A DNA stretch of 64,000 bases from Candidatus Poribacteria bacterium. GTDB lineage: Bacteria; Poribacteria; WGA-4E; UBA9662. The stretch spans positions 1 to 64,000 of the forward strand of contig JAYGDX010000198.1 in assembly GCA_046582655.1 (NCBI GenBank), read 5' to 3'. Below are positions 31,301 through 42,214 of this stretch, piece after piece. Both the position numbers and the translations under genes were made by a program. Each line of letters begins with the position of its first letter. Within the stretch, counting starts at the first letter, position 1. The notes beneath the pieces are model-generated. The model had not been told where the DNA came from and made no database searches. It was given only the letters and a program-made list of their open reading frames with translations.

Positions 31301-31755
31301 TGGAAGGACCTCCAGCAATAGTGGGATATCAGTGACCTGAGCGATAGCCATGTTGAGATACTCTAACCCCTGATAATGCTTCAAATAAAAGTTTTGAGTA
31401 TCATTGTCTGAGTGCAGTTTTATGCAGACCTTAAGCATCTGGATCTGGATGGTGTGTTGCCTGTTGAGGCTGTAGTTGCTGATGAGAGCAGCACGCACTG
31501 CTTGAAATTATGAAGCCTGTACTGATGGTGTTGTCCGTAACAGCGAGCCTTCTTGTGCATGTACCAGTATTCGTCAGTTCCCTGACATCGTCGTGATATG
31601 AGGCATTCTGAATTATTATCCCAAGTTAAAAAGGGAAGTCCAACGTGACGCCGAGAAGTTTTTCGGATTTTGCAAGCCGTTTCCCAACTCGCACTCTGAA
31701 ATCAACTATCTGACCAATAGACTTAGATGAAAGTATAGAAAGGCTATGAAATCAG

Positions 31756-32790
31756 TTAGATTGGAACGTCTGTCAATTCCTGATTATAGGCAAACAGCGC
31801 TGGTGTCCCACCGGTATGCAAGAAAATCACCGTTTGATCGGAAGAAATCTTGCCTTTTCGAATATGATCAATCAAGCCAGCAAAGGCTTTACTAGTATAA
31901 ACTGGATCGAGAAAAATGCCCTCCATTTGCGCAACAATTTTCAGCGCTTGAATACATTCCGGGGTCAGTACACCGTATGCTTGGCCGATATAAGCATCAG
32001 TATTACTGATTTCGTCATCAGCTATCTGGAAATCTAGATTCAAGAGTTTGGCTGCATTGTTAGCTGCCTGCCGAATACGATCAATTTTATCCTCCCAGTA
32101 AATTGGTGCTACACCTACTGGTTGTAACTTCATACCCAATGCTTTTGATCCGAGGATTAATCCTGCCTGTGTTCCACCTGCTGATCCAACATAGATTAGG
32201 TCAGCTTCGATTCCCATTTCCTGCTGTTGCTTATGGATTTCAGCTATACACCAAGAGAAAGCAACAGCTGCTAGAGCAGTGGACTGGGGTGCCGCGATTA
32301 CGTAAGGTCTGAGACCATCCGACCGTAATTTATCCGCTAAAGCATATTTAACGAGATCCAGTTCAGGGCCGAATGGTGCATCGACCAATTCGACGTCCGC
32401 ACCAGCCAGATGATCCAAAAGTAAATTCCCTTGTACCAGACTCTTGTGGTCACGAGAAAGACGAAGGTAGCATTTCAATCCCAGTTGTGCGGCCACCGCC
32501 GCAGCTTGGCGACAGTGGTTCGATTGTGTGGTCGCACCATGTACGATCGTGTCGGCATTCTGATGTATGGCTTCACCAATGGTAAAAGTCAACTGGCGAA
32601 TCTTATTTCCACCGAAGGCTACTCCTGAACAATCTTCCCGTTTAATATATATTCTTGGCCCACCTAGTGCTTCCGACAGACGCGGACACGGTTCTAATGG
32701 GGTAGGATAATGTCCAATATCTACTTGCGGCAACTGTTCAATTCTCTGGCAGAGACCTAATCTAGTCACAATATTGTTTTCTTGGTTCAT
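31756..32790 (-). CDS. D-cysteine desulfhydrase / ACC deaminase family PLP enzyme
   Basis: YPTPLE, IKREDC..FGGNKIR (PLP lysine), QSNHCRQ, LDPVYTSK, FLHTGG. Confidence 0.92.
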   Translation of the reverse strand: MNQENNIVTRLGLCQRIEQLPQVDIGHYPTPLEPCPRLSEALGGPRIYIKREDCSGVAFGGNKIRQLTFTIGEAIHQNADTIVHGATTQSNHCRQAAAVAAQLGLKCYLRLSRDHKSLVQGNLLLDHLAGADVELVDAPFGPELDLVKYALADKLRSDGLRPYVIAAPQSTALAAVAFSWCIAEIHKQQQEMGIEADLIYVGSAGGTQAGLILGSKALGMKLQPVGVAPIYWEDKIDRIRQAANNAAKLLNLDFQIADDEISNTDAYIGQAYGVLTPECIQALKIVAQMEGIFLDPVYTSKAFAGLIDHIRKGKISSDQTVIFLHTGGTPALFAYNQELTDVPI

Positions 32791-32893
32791 GGAATCTCTT
32801 TACACCTACCCTCTTTTTTTGGTAAATAACTGTACTTTTTAACTTGATATTCTCCAATGCAATTTTAAGCTGATATCGGATTTTATTTTTTCT

Positions 32894-33643
32894 TTATATT
32901 GCTAGCAAGTGCTCTTGACGAACACCAATTTGGTTCAGAGTTTGGAGATCTATTTGATCATATTTTATTTCATGTGGCTTGTGGGCATCGGTACCCAAGG
33001 CAAATTTGAGCCCAACCTGTTGGCCCAAGTTTATCAGTTCTTTAAAGAAATTTGGGCTATTTTTCAGGTGACGTGGGTTGAGTTCAAAGGCTACTTGATT
33101 TTTAGCTGCTTTGGACAAAACACGCTTGAGTTGATGTCGATCGTAGCTAGCTAGCACAGCCGAATGATTTACATTACGGACCTTGGTTAACAAAAACGGG
33201 TGTGGAATAATAGTCGTGTATCCCCAGTCAATCGCTCCTTCAATCATCTGCAGATGATGCTGTGCATACGCGGACGGACTTCTGTCAATCGGGTTTTCCA
33301 CGTGACTGAGGTGATAGTGATTGGAAGCAACCAAGACAAAATCAAGTTGCTGCGCGGTCGCAATATCAACGGCAATAGTACATTGATCTATTTGTGACGC
33401 TTCACAACCTATCTGAACATTGATGGGCGGACAAAGTTTATCTCGAATACTAAAGTTTTCTAATAATTTTTGCTCCCGAGACGGATCTAAATAGTCGATA
33501 TGATCGGAAATCCCAATGGTTTCAAGCCCAGCTTTTTCTGCCTCTCTGATGATTCGTTCCATTGTCATTTCATCAGATGCGCATTGAGAGAGGGCACTAT
33601 GAATCTGCATGTTATGAAGTCGCATCAATTTCCCTTTATTCAT
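32894..33643 (-). CDS. PHP-domain phosphoesterase
   Basis: QIHSALS, IGISDH, GCE, PHPF, FELN, GTDAH. Confidence 0.88.
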   Translation of the reverse strand: MNKGKLMRLHNMQIHSALSQCASDEMTMERIIREAEKAGLETIGISDHIDYLDPSREQKLLENFSIRDKLCPPINVQIGCEASQIDQCTIAVDIATAQQLDFVLVASNHYHLSHVENPIDRSPSAYAQHHLQMIEGAIDWGYTTIIPHPFLLTKVRNVNHSAVLASYDRHQLKRVLSKAAKNQVAFELNPRHLKNSPNFFKELINLGQQVGLKFALGTDAHKPHEIKYDQIDLQTLNQIGVRQEHLLAI

Positions 33644-33874
33644 AAAGGTGGCTGGTTGATTGATCTAAATTAGATTGTGATCACTGAATTCAGATGGCCA
33701 AGCGCAAAACACCTATTCATTCTAGGGTAAAGGCAATCGGCAAACAATCTGGTTTTCAGAATCGCAATACCAGAAATGACCGTCCCAGATTGTCATTATA
33801 TGTGACTTAGTATGAGGGCTGAGAATTTCGATCTTAGTTTGAAGTAACCGAAAATTGTAATTGATCAGCCAGAC

Positions 33875-34654
33875 TCAATCCATTAATAAGCTTTCTACAA
33901 AGTTGTGGGCTGTTTCTGCTGCTTCAACTGGAGAAGCCCAATCCACATTTTCCAGTTCTACCACTAAAGGCCCACGGTAATCCGCTTGTTTGAGAAGGTT
34001 CATCAGGTCATCAAAAGGCAAGTTTCCTTTGCCAAAAGGGACGGGGTGGTCATCAACCTGATCCCGCAAATGCACCACCCCGATTCGGTTTGCGAAGGTA
34101 TCAGCAAATTTAAGGATATCTTCGCCTGCAGTTAATAGGTGCCCTGTATCCAGTAAAATCCTAGCTCGTGAATCTAAATCCGGCATGATTAGGCGATAGT
34201 CGGAAAGGTTTTCAAGCCGATTGCCGTGATGATTCCCCAGATTGAGTGTGATGTCAGGAATTCTGTTGAGCAGCGTATTTACTCCTTCGATCAGATCTTT
34301 CAAGGATTGCTCTGATCGATCACCTCCTTTAGTATTTGCGTTATTCAATTTCAGAGCGCGTGCAAGATGAATATCCCATTCAACCTGTCTCAGGTTATAA
34401 GATGGATCGTGTTGGCCAGATTCTCTTTTTCCAGTGATGTTCCGGATATTAAGTCCAGACAATCTGATACCCGCTGAATCCAGCATACGCCGAACCATTG
34501 GTACGGAGATATTGGGATCAACCGGCGAACTTCGCGTCCGGGTCCGAAAAAGCTCAATCTGATCAAAGCCCGCCTGTTGGGCAAGTTGAATTGCTTCAGA
34601 TAAAGAAGCCTCAGGACAGAGAGTGGTACTGAAACTGAGGTACATTATGTTCAC
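33875..34654 (-). CDS. Sugar phosphate isomerase/epimerase (xylose-isomerase-like TIM barrel)
   Basis: AGFDQIEL, NHH, LDTGH, VHLRD, PFGKG, YRGPLVVELE. Confidence 0.85.
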   Translation of the reverse strand: MNIMYLSFSTTLCPEASLSEAIQLAQQAGFDQIELFRTRTRSSPVDPNISVPMVRRMLDSAGIRLSGLNIRNITGKRESGQHDPSYNLRQVEWDIHLARALKLNNANTKGGDRSEQSLKDLIEGVNTLLNRIPDITLNLGNHHGNRLENLSDYRLIMPDLDSRARILLDTGHLLTAGEDILKFADTFANRIGVVHLRDQVDDHPVPFGKGNLPFDDLMNLLKQADYRGPLVVELENVDWASPVEAAETAHNFVESLLMD

Positions 34655-35373
34655 TCAATTCCATTCCAGTATTGCCACATATTATCTGGTGTTTCAAACA
34701 TAATATCATGCGTGTCTTGCCATCTTAACCTGCTGACCGTGGCCATGCGAATCTTTGAACCACAATTTTTGCTGGCGCTGTGCATCATATAATGATGCCA
34801 GAAACAGGTTGTACCCGCCGGCCCAAAGATCTCTACCGGTTGTGGCAACGGTTTTGTATAAGCTTCTATTCCATTAAGAATTGAATGTGTCTTAAAGTAT
34901 TTCGCCGCCATGAGATGTGTGCCCGGCCAAACCGTGAACCCTCCAGACCGATGGACGACATCATTCAGGTTCATGGTGATTCCAAGGGTGAAAGTGCTGA
35001 CAACTCCTTTAACTGTATAACCGTCCATATGGCCTTTTTCAGGTAGAGACCAATCGTTTTCTCCAGTCGGATAGATCATTTTACAGAACGGATTATTGGC
35101 GACCTTCAGTGTTCCTTTACCAACCAGTTCCTCTGCCATGTCGATATGGGGACCATCATGCAGCAGAGACTGGACATCAGGATAATTGGTACAGGGCAGA
35201 TTTCCTGTTGGCCCTGCATTGATCCACGTTTCTGAATCATTACGGTCGGCATCGATATGTTCCCAGATCACATCGATTGCCCTTTGGATCAATTGATCAG
35301 GAACCGTATTATATTTAATGATGTATCCGTTTTTTTCGAAGAATTGCTTATCTTCAGTGGTGAAATAGGGCAT
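34651..35373 (-). CDS. PhyH-family dioxygenase
   Basis: FFEKNGYII, GHMDG, GGFTVWPGTH, MMHSASKN..R. Confidence 0.88.
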   Translation of the reverse strand: MPYFTTEDKQFFEKNGYIIKYNTVPDQLIQRAIDVIWEHIDADRNDSETWINAGPTGNLPCTNYPDVQSLLHDGPHIDMAEELVGKGTLKVANNPFCKMIYPTGENDWSLPEKGHMDGYTVKGVVSTFTLGITMNLNDVVHRSGGFTVWPGTHLMAAKYFKTHSILNGIEAYTKPLPQPVEIFGPAGTTCFWHHYMMHSASKNCGSKIRMATVSRLRWQDTHDIMFETPDNMWQYWNGIE

Positions 35374-35409
35374 ACTTTACTATCCTCTTTTTTTAGATAG
35401 AACTAGCAG

Positions 35410-36198
35410 TTACGACTTTGGTAATGCACGGACTGATCCCGTGGACATACCTCCGTCAACCAGTAGGGTTTGACCTGACACATACTGGCTAGCATCGGAA
35501 GCAAGAAACACCACTGCACCGTCCAGATCTTGTGGTTTTCCTAGACGTTTGAGCGGAATTCGATCAACTAGGTATTCGACCCAATCTTGGTCTTCGTAAA
35601 GCACTTGGTTTTGGAAGGTTTTGAACCAACCTGGAGCAATACAGTTGACTGTGATACCAAACGGTCCCCAATCGTCAGCTAAACTCATGGTAAGTTGTTT
35701 CGTCCCACCGCGACTGGCGCAATATGGAGCTAGTCCTGCATAACCAAAAACAGATGTTAACGAACCGATGTTGATAATTCGGCCGTAGTTGCGGAGAATC
35801 ATATGTTTGGCTACCGCTTGAGATACGAAAAACGTTCCCTTTAGATTGGTGTCTACCACGGTATCCCAGTCGTCCCAAGTAATTTCCATCGATGGTTTAC
35901 GAATGTTACAACCGGCGTTATTGACAAGGATATCGATTTTTTTATAGTGTTTCACTGCGGCTTGAGCCATATTTTGAATGCTGTCGTAATCCCTGACATC
36001 GAGTTCAAGGGGGAGAACTTTTCTCCCCAGGTCTTCGAGCTCCTTTTTGAAATCGTGCAGTGAATCCGCATTTCGGCTGGTGATGACCAAATCAGCACCG
36101 GCTTTGGCCAATGCCCGACCCATGTACTGACCAAGTCCGCGACTTGTACCGGTTACTATCACAACTTTACCTGATAAATCGAAGAAATTGTTTGCCAT
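35410..36198 (-). CDS. SDR oxidoreductase, gluconate 5-dehydrogenase/KduD-like
   Basis: TGTSRGLG, NNAG, YCASR (YxxxK variant), NCIAPGWF, RIPLKRLG. Confidence 0.9.
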   Translation of the reverse strand: MANNFFDLSGKVVIVTGTSRGLGQYMGRALAKAGADLVITSRNADSLHDFKKELEDLGRKVLPLELDVRDYDSIQNMAQAAVKHYKKIDILVNNAGCNIRKPSMEITWDDWDTVVDTNLKGTFFVSQAVAKHMILRNYGRIINIGSLTSVFGYAGLAPYCASRGGTKQLTMSLADDWGPFGITVNCIAPGWFKTFQNQVLYEDQDWVEYLVDRIPLKRLGKPQDLDGAVVFLASDASQYVSGQTLLVDGGMSTGSVRALPKS

Positions 36199-36264
36199 TA
36201 CTGTCTTACCTCGTCTTTAAGTTCAAAATTCAAGTGCAGAATATGAATCATTGGTAGTTTCAGG

Positions 36265-37293
36265 TTATGGGTTCAAAACCACCTTCATCAACCCTTTTTC
36301 CTTATCGTACAATCTTTGAAACCATTTAGCTCCTTCAGTCAGTGAAACTTCTGCGCTCAATATTGCATCAACATTAATCTCACCTCGTTCGATCATCTCA
36401 AGAGCGGCCGGATATTCACCGCAAATGGCACAGCTTCCTTGCAACCGAAGTTGTTGGGTGACAACCTTTTGTAGTGGCAGGTTAACGTTTGGTGTCAGGT
36501 TACCAACCAGTGTGATCGTTCCACCACGACGTACGCTATCGATAGCTGTTTGAACCGTTGGGTCAATACCGACAGCTTCAAAGGCGACATCTGCGCCTCG
36601 TCCATGTGTTAGTTCTTTAATCTTTTCTGGCACATCATCACCAGCTTTGATACCTAGATCCGCCCCCAGTTGGCCAGCTAACTCTAATCGTTCTGGTTCC
36701 AGGTCAACAACGATAATCTTTCCACAGCCAGCGGCTCGAAGCGCCTGTACGATAAATGAACCAATCATTCCCACTCCCACCACCACGGCGGAATCGTTGA
36801 CAGATATTGGGGTGAGTCCAACTGCATGTAGTGCTACTGCAACTGGTTCGACCATAGCGGCTTGAGTAAAGGAAACTGTGTCAGGGATTTTGTACAGAAC
36901 ATGCTGCGGTATGGCAACGTATTCGGCAAAAGCACCATGGCGGCAGTATTCTCCTGGAGAGACGCCCAGCACTATCCTGCCCTCACTCAGGTTGTATAAA
37001 CCTTTTCGTGTGTACCAGTCTTCCAATTTATAGATGGTTGAATCGAAAGTTACTCTATCACCAATACGCCAATTCTTCACTTCACATCCAATCTCCGCAA
37101 TCACACCAGATGCCTCGTGCCCCATGATCAGAGGCGGAATACGACGGCCACTACTGCCATCAATTCCATGAACATCGCTACCACAAATACCGCAGGCTTT
37201 TACCTGAATCAGAACTTCGCCTGGCTCATATTTCGGTTTCGGAACGTCTTTGTAGACAAGTGCATTGTAATCTTCTAATACTAGAGCTTTCAC
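36265..37293 (-). CDS. Zn-dependent polyol dehydrogenase (galactitol-1-phosphate/L-iditol dehydrogenase-like)
   Basis: CGICGSD, MGHE, GAFAEY, GVGMIG; structural-Zn cysteines absent. Confidence 0.9.
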   Translation of the reverse strand: MKALVLEDYNALVYKDVPKPKYEPGEVLIQVKACGICGSDVHGIDGSSGRRIPPLIMGHEASGVIAEIGCEVKNWRIGDRVTFDSTIYKLEDWYTRKGLYNLSEGRIVLGVSPGEYCRHGAFAEYVAIPQHVLYKIPDTVSFTQAAMVEPVAVALHAVGLTPISVNDSAVVVGVGMIGSFIVQALRAAGCGKIIVVDLEPERLELAGQLGADLGIKAGDDVPEKIKELTHGRGADVAFEAVGIDPTVQTAIDSVRRGGTITLVGNLTPNVNLPLQKVVTQQLRLQGSCAICGEYPAALEMIERGEINVDAILSAEVSLTEGAKWFQRLYDKEKGLMKVVLNP

Positions 37294-37460
37294 TTGTTTC
37301 TCCTATCGATTCGAATGTTCAACGCAAACAATGGACAAATCTTTACTTTCAGCATCAGGTAAATACACAAAAATCTCTTTCCCACACGTTGGTTTACCTT
37401 TGCTATATTGCTTCGGACTTTATTTTACACTAAATAGAGCGATATCTTTAAAAAATAATC

Positions 37461-37489
37461 TTGAAGCTATCTAAATTAGTCATTATGAT
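37461..37489 (+). promoter_or_regulatory. Sigma-70-type promoter
   Basis: TTGAAG, 17 bp, TATGAT. Confidence 0.55.
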
Positions 37490-37547
37490 GTGTGTTGATA
37501 GCTTGTGAAATAGATACAGTATTTAAACTGGGAGTCGTATTAACCGC

Positions 37548-39467
37548 ATGATCAGCAAAGGTAGAGATCAACATCTGGGGTTAACTTGGCGGATCTTATT
37601 TATTGTTGTGTTGATTGCTCCTGTTAACTGCTATTTCCTAATTCAGATGGAGTTGGTACGCTATACTTTCCCGACTTGGGTTGTTCCTCTTTCAAATGTC
37701 GTTTTTATCTTGGTGGTAATTATAATTATCAATCTCCTCCTGAGTTGGATTTGGCCGAGATCCGTGTTGCGTGCCGATGAACTCATCGTGCTCTATGTGA
37801 TGTTGAGCTTGACTACTACCATGGCAGGTTGTGACATGTTGCAAGCGGTATTGTCGGTCTTGGGACACGGATTTTGGTTCGCCACCGAAGAGAACGAGTG
37901 GAAAGAGCTGTTCTGGGATCATCTTCCTAGATGGCTGACCGTTTCTGATAGAAGCGTTTTATACGGGTATTATACCGGTGATTCCAGTCTCTATTTGTCA
38001 CATCATCTGAAAGTTTGGATTCCTGTCTTGCTCGGCTGGCTGTTTCTATTTTTTATGTTGGCCATAATCTTTCTCTGTTTGAATACGATTCTACGTCGTC
38101 AGTGGGCGGATCGGGAACGACTGACATTTCCTATCATTCAACTGCCACTGGAGATGACCAACTCCACCGCCGTTTTCTTCGGAAATAAGCGGATGTGGTT
38201 GGGAGTAGGTATCGCTAGCGGTATCAGTTTGCTTAACGGACTCAGTGTCATATATCCATCACTGCCTTCCCTCCCGATTACGCGGCGTTTCTTTACCTTT
38301 AATGAACCACCATTGAGTCTCTATGGCGGCGCTATCGTTGCTTTTTATCCTTTCGCTATTGGGATCATGTTTCTGATGCCTTTGGACGTACTATTTTCTA
38401 CGGCACTGTTCTATTTTCTGTATCGAAATGAGGTTGCATTGGCTGAAGCTATAGGGTGGCGTGGCCTGCCTAAATTTCCCTATTGGGATCAACAAGCCTT
38501 TGGTGCCTTTGTGGGGCTGTGCGTTTTCTTCGTCTGGATTGGGAAGCACCACTTTAAACAGGTACTGGCAAGTGCCCTGGGACGACCGGCAGAAATTGAT
38601 GACATGGATCAACCAATACGGTATCGGACGGCTGTCTGGGGGCTTTTTGGGGGACTGTTTCTGTTTGCTTTCGCCCTGTATAGAGCGGGAATGACGTTTT
38701 GGATAGCCGTTACCTTCACCTTCCTTTTTTTGATTACTCCGATCATTACTACCCGCATCCGTGCTGAGTCCGGTATCTTTGTGCATGCCTATCACTGGTT
38801 GGCACCGCGGTACATACTAGGGACGATTCTGGGTACTCGACGGCTTGGTCCGCAAAACTTAACCATTTTATCTGTTTGCTTTTTCAACCGAGACTATCGG
38901 CCACAACAGATGCCGCATCAATTGGAGGCCTTTAAAATTGCTGAGACCACTGGTATTAATCACAGAAGGATGATGTGGGCTATTCTGATCTCCACTGCTC
39001 TTGGTATTCTTGTTGCTTTTTGGGTACAACTTCATCTGTACTATCAGAAAGGTGCCAACTCTGGGTATTATGGTCCTTGGGCACTTGGATATGGACGGGA
39101 ATATTTTAGGCGGCTGACAAACTGGATTTCTTATCCGACCAACACCGATTGGATCAGCGTCTTGTTTATGGGAGTAGGATTTTCTATCATGATGGTGTTG
39201 ACATACTTGCGTGTCAAATTTTTTTGGTTGCCTTTGCATCCGTTGGGTTACGTGATGGCCAGCAACCAGGAGATGTCAGATCTTTGGGCGCCAATTTGTA
39301 TTTGTCTAGTATTGAAGTGGACGATTCTCCGGCACGGCGGGATCAGAAGCTATCGACGTGCGGTTCCATTCTTTTTGGGGCTGGTGTTGGGTGACTATCT
39401 GATGGGCAGTGTCTGGAGTCTTTTAAGTGTCCTGTTGAATACAGATATGTATCAATTTTATCCATAA
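37548..39467 (+). CDS. Polytopic membrane protein, DUF6785/DUF6784-like putative transporter
   Basis: Many TM helices; ILRRQWADRERLTFPI, TRIRAESG, WLPLHPLGY, GGIRSYRRAVPFFLGLVLGD. Confidence 0.75.
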   Translation: MISKGRDQHLGLTWRILFIVVLIAPVNCYFLIQMELVRYTFPTWVVPLSNVVFILVVIIIINLLLSWIWPRSVLRADELIVLYVMLSLTTTMAGCDMLQAVLSVLGHGFWFATEENEWKELFWDHLPRWLTVSDRSVLYGYYTGDSSLYLSHHLKVWIPVLLGWLFLFFMLAIIFLCLNTILRRQWADRERLTFPIIQLPLEMTNSTAVFFGNKRMWLGVGIASGISLLNGLSVIYPSLPSLPITRRFFTFNEPPLSLYGGAIVAFYPFAIGIMFLMPLDVLFSTALFYFLYRNEVALAEAIGWRGLPKFPYWDQQAFGAFVGLCVFFVWIGKHHFKQVLASALGRPAEIDDMDQPIRYRTAVWGLFGGLFLFAFALYRAGMTFWIAVTFTFLFLITPIITTRIRAESGIFVHAYHWLAPRYILGTILGTRRLGPQNLTILSVCFFNRDYRPQQMPHQLEAFKIAETTGINHRRMMWAILISTALGILVAFWVQLHLYYQKGANSGYYGPWALGYGREYFRRLTNWISYPTNTDWISVLFMGVGFSIMMVLTYLRVKFFWLPLHPLGYVMASNQEMSDLWAPICICLVLKWTILRHGGIRSYRRAVPFFLGLVLGDYLMGSVWSLLSVLLNTDMYQFYP

Positions 39468-39689
39468 AGACCTATGACATAAACCAAGGCAGGGATGGTT
39501 CGCCATGGAAAGGTACGATCGAAAAAATCGGAGTAAGTTATTGTAATTATTGATAAAATATCTGATAATATTTGACGCATCTTCGTGCTTGGGATTTTAT
39601 TGAAGTAATGACTATTTAGATCTAGAAAATGATGATTAGGCAGCTACACCATTTGCCACGTGCTCTAATCTACAATCAACTGCTGAATG

Positions 39690-40148
39690 GGATTTCCTAA
39701 GTTTTCCCGATCAAGAAGGAATTGGGGGTCTTCAGGTGAACCATCCGTCTGTATGTACCGGTGAAATAGGCGAGCAAATTGATGTCGCCACTAGCTGGAC
39801 ATGAAACGAAAAAATCTGTTTCTGAGAAACAAAGGGGGAAATTATTACCCGTTATTTGTTTCCGTCAATGAGCAGGTTGACCTGTCGGCCTTGGCCGGAA
39901 TTGAGCTCGGCTTCTTCAGATCGACTGAAATGATTTTTGGATGTTTAGCTTGGTATTGTTAGCATCTTGCTAATGCAAAAAGCAGAGAAGTTAAAATGCT
40001 TATTGATGTAGATGTACATACAGCGGAATCAACTAGGTGCCGTCCTTTGATAAATACGGATACACTTTCAATAGACAAGGCCAATATGGAAAAGTTTCTG
40101 GCTGTAACCGGTCATAGCTTTGAGGTAATTGATATACCTGTTCGTTGA
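39690..40148 (+). pseudogene. Degraded YbaK/ProXp-ala-type aminoacyl-tRNA editing protein
   Basis: Fragments VNHPSVCTGE, TKNLFLRNKGG, VDLSAL, LIDVDV..CRPLINTDTLSI..MEKFLAVTGHSFEVIDIP; stops and frameshifts. Confidence 0.75.
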
Positions 40149-40165
40149 AGCGAGGAAGCAATTGA

Positions 40166-42196
40166 ATGTTGGTAGGAACTATTTTACCTGAACTCCTGAA
40201 ATTGGGCTTGGACCAGTCAGAATCGGAAAAGATCTTTGCCCAAATACGCCAGTTACCGACTGATCTGCCGAGCGATCAGCGTTGGCGTCATATCTCCAAA
40301 AAAGTCTTGAACAAAAACCATCCAATTAAAGTGCATAGGTATTTACATCATTATATCTATCAAGATTGGAATACCGATGAAAGTCCTATACCCGTTTGGA
40401 CACCAGGGAAAAATGACATCAAAAACAGTAATATCTACCGCTTGATGCAGGAAAAAAATATCAGTTCATACAACAGTTTATACAACTGGTCAATAACTGA
40501 TAAACCCTCTTTCTGGCGTAAAATGATAGATCTTTTAAATATCCAGTTTAAGAAACCTTATAGTGAAATCGTGGATTTAAAAGATGGTGTGACATCACCA
40601 AACTGGCTCAGTTCCGCTGAACTGAATATTGTTGATTCTTGTTTCCGCGCGGCGGATGACGCGCAGGCTGTTGTCTTTCAACCGGAAGGCGACAAAGTTT
40701 CCGCAATCAGCTACAGAGAACTGGAATTGTTGGTCAATCGCATTGCTAACAGTTTGATCAAAGAGGATATCAAAAAGGGAGATTATGTTGGGATTGATAT
40801 GCCAATGACACTAGAGTCAGTGGCGATTTATTTAGCTTGTCTCAAAGTTGGAGCAGTGGTAGTCACAATTGCTGATAGTTTCGCTGTCGAAGAGATTAAA
40901 GTCCGCCTGCAAATCGCCGATGTCTCTCTGGTTTTGACTCAGGATTATTTATTGTGGGCAGGTAAAAGATTACCCCTTTATGCTCGAGTTAAAGAAGCCT
41001 ACCTTGGTTGTGTAATTGTGATCCGTACGGGTGATGCAGATATTGGCTTAAGAGATCAGGACTTGGTGTGGGAAACTTTTTTATCTGAAAACGATCAGTT
41101 TGAGTCGGTCACCTGTTCCCCCTCAGATTACTGTACAATCCTTTTCTCGTCTGGTACAACGGGTGTCCCGAAAGCAATCCCATGGACACATACCACAGCC
41201 ATCAAAGCTGCCAGTGATGCCTATTTGCACCATGATGTCAAAGAAGGAGAGTGCCTGTGCTGGCCAACAAATCTAGGTTGGATGATGGGCCCTTGGCTGG
41301 TTTTTGCTTCTCTGATCAATCAATCAAGTATGGCGCTTTATTATGGCACGCCAACTACAAACGAATTCTCCCAATTTGTAGGTCAGGTGGAAGTCAATAT
41401 GCTGGGACTAGTGCCAAGCCTAGTCTCACATTGGCGGGCTATCGATTGTATTCGTCAACATGACTGGTCAAAAATAAAAGTTTTGAGTTCTACTGGTGAA
41501 TGTTCCAATCCAGAGGATATGTTTTACTTGATGGCGATGGTCGATTACAAACCGATCATAGAATATTGTGGCGGAACTGAGATTGGAGGAGGTTATATTA
41601 CTGGCAGTGTAGTTCAGCCTACTGTACCGGCCTGCTTTTCTACACCAGCTTTGGGTAGCGAGCTGGTCATTCTTGACGCAAACCATGAGCCAGTTGATAA
41701 TGGTGAAGTTTTCCTGTTACCTCCTGCCATGGGATTATCGACAGAACTTCTGAATCAAGATCACCATCAGGTTTATTATGGTCATATTCCTCCTTATCAG
41801 AACCGAATCTGTCGGCGCCACGGCGATCAAATGGAGCGGTTGCCCGGCAACTATTTTCGTGCACACGGCAGATTCGATGATTCCATGAACTTGAGTGGAA
41901 TAAAGGTCAGTTCCAACCAGATTGAAGGCGTACTTAACCGGCTCGATTTTGTCAAAGAATCAGCCGCAGTAGCCGTTGCCCCCAAAGGTGGTGGTCCTAG
42001 TAACCTAATCATTTATGTAGTTGCCCGTGACGGCTGTCAACTAAAGCCAACCGAAATGCAACTGGTTATGCAGGAAGCGATTCGACGAAACCTGAATCCT
42101 CTATTTAAGATAAGTGATCTACGCTTGGTTGAATTCTTGCCAAGAACCGCTTCAAACAAAGTCATGCGCCGCCAGCTTCGTCAGGACTATGTTTAG
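40166..42196 (+). CDS. AMP-forming acyl-CoA synthetase (acetate/acetoacetate-CoA ligase-like)
   Basis: ILFSSGTTGVPK, YCGGTEIGG, RHGD, HGRFDD, LPRTASNKVMRR. Confidence 0.92.
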   Translation: MLVGTILPELLKLGLDQSESEKIFAQIRQLPTDLPSDQRWRHISKKVLNKNHPIKVHRYLHHYIYQDWNTDESPIPVWTPGKNDIKNSNIYRLMQEKNISSYNSLYNWSITDKPSFWRKMIDLLNIQFKKPYSEIVDLKDGVTSPNWLSSAELNIVDSCFRAADDAQAVVFQPEGDKVSAISYRELELLVNRIANSLIKEDIKKGDYVGIDMPMTLESVAIYLACLKVGAVVVTIADSFAVEEIKVRLQIADVSLVLTQDYLLWAGKRLPLYARVKEAYLGCVIVIRTGDADIGLRDQDLVWETFLSENDQFESVTCSPSDYCTILFSSGTTGVPKAIPWTHTTAIKAASDAYLHHDVKEGECLCWPTNLGWMMGPWLVFASLINQSSMALYYGTPTTNEFSQFVGQVEVNMLGLVPSLVSHWRAIDCIRQHDWSKIKVLSSTGECSNPEDMFYLMAMVDYKPIIEYCGGTEIGGGYITGSVVQPTVPACFSTPALGSELVILDANHEPVDNGEVFLLPPAMGLSTELLNQDHHQVYYGHIPPYQNRICRRHGDQMERLPGNYFRAHGRFDDSMNLSGIKVSSNQIEGVLNRLDFVKESAAVAVAPKGGGPSNLIIYVVARDGCQLKPTEMQLVMQEAIRRNLNPLFKISDLRLVEFLPRTASNKVMRRQLRQDYV

Positions 42197-42214
42197 CTTA
42201 GTGTTGGAGGAAAT

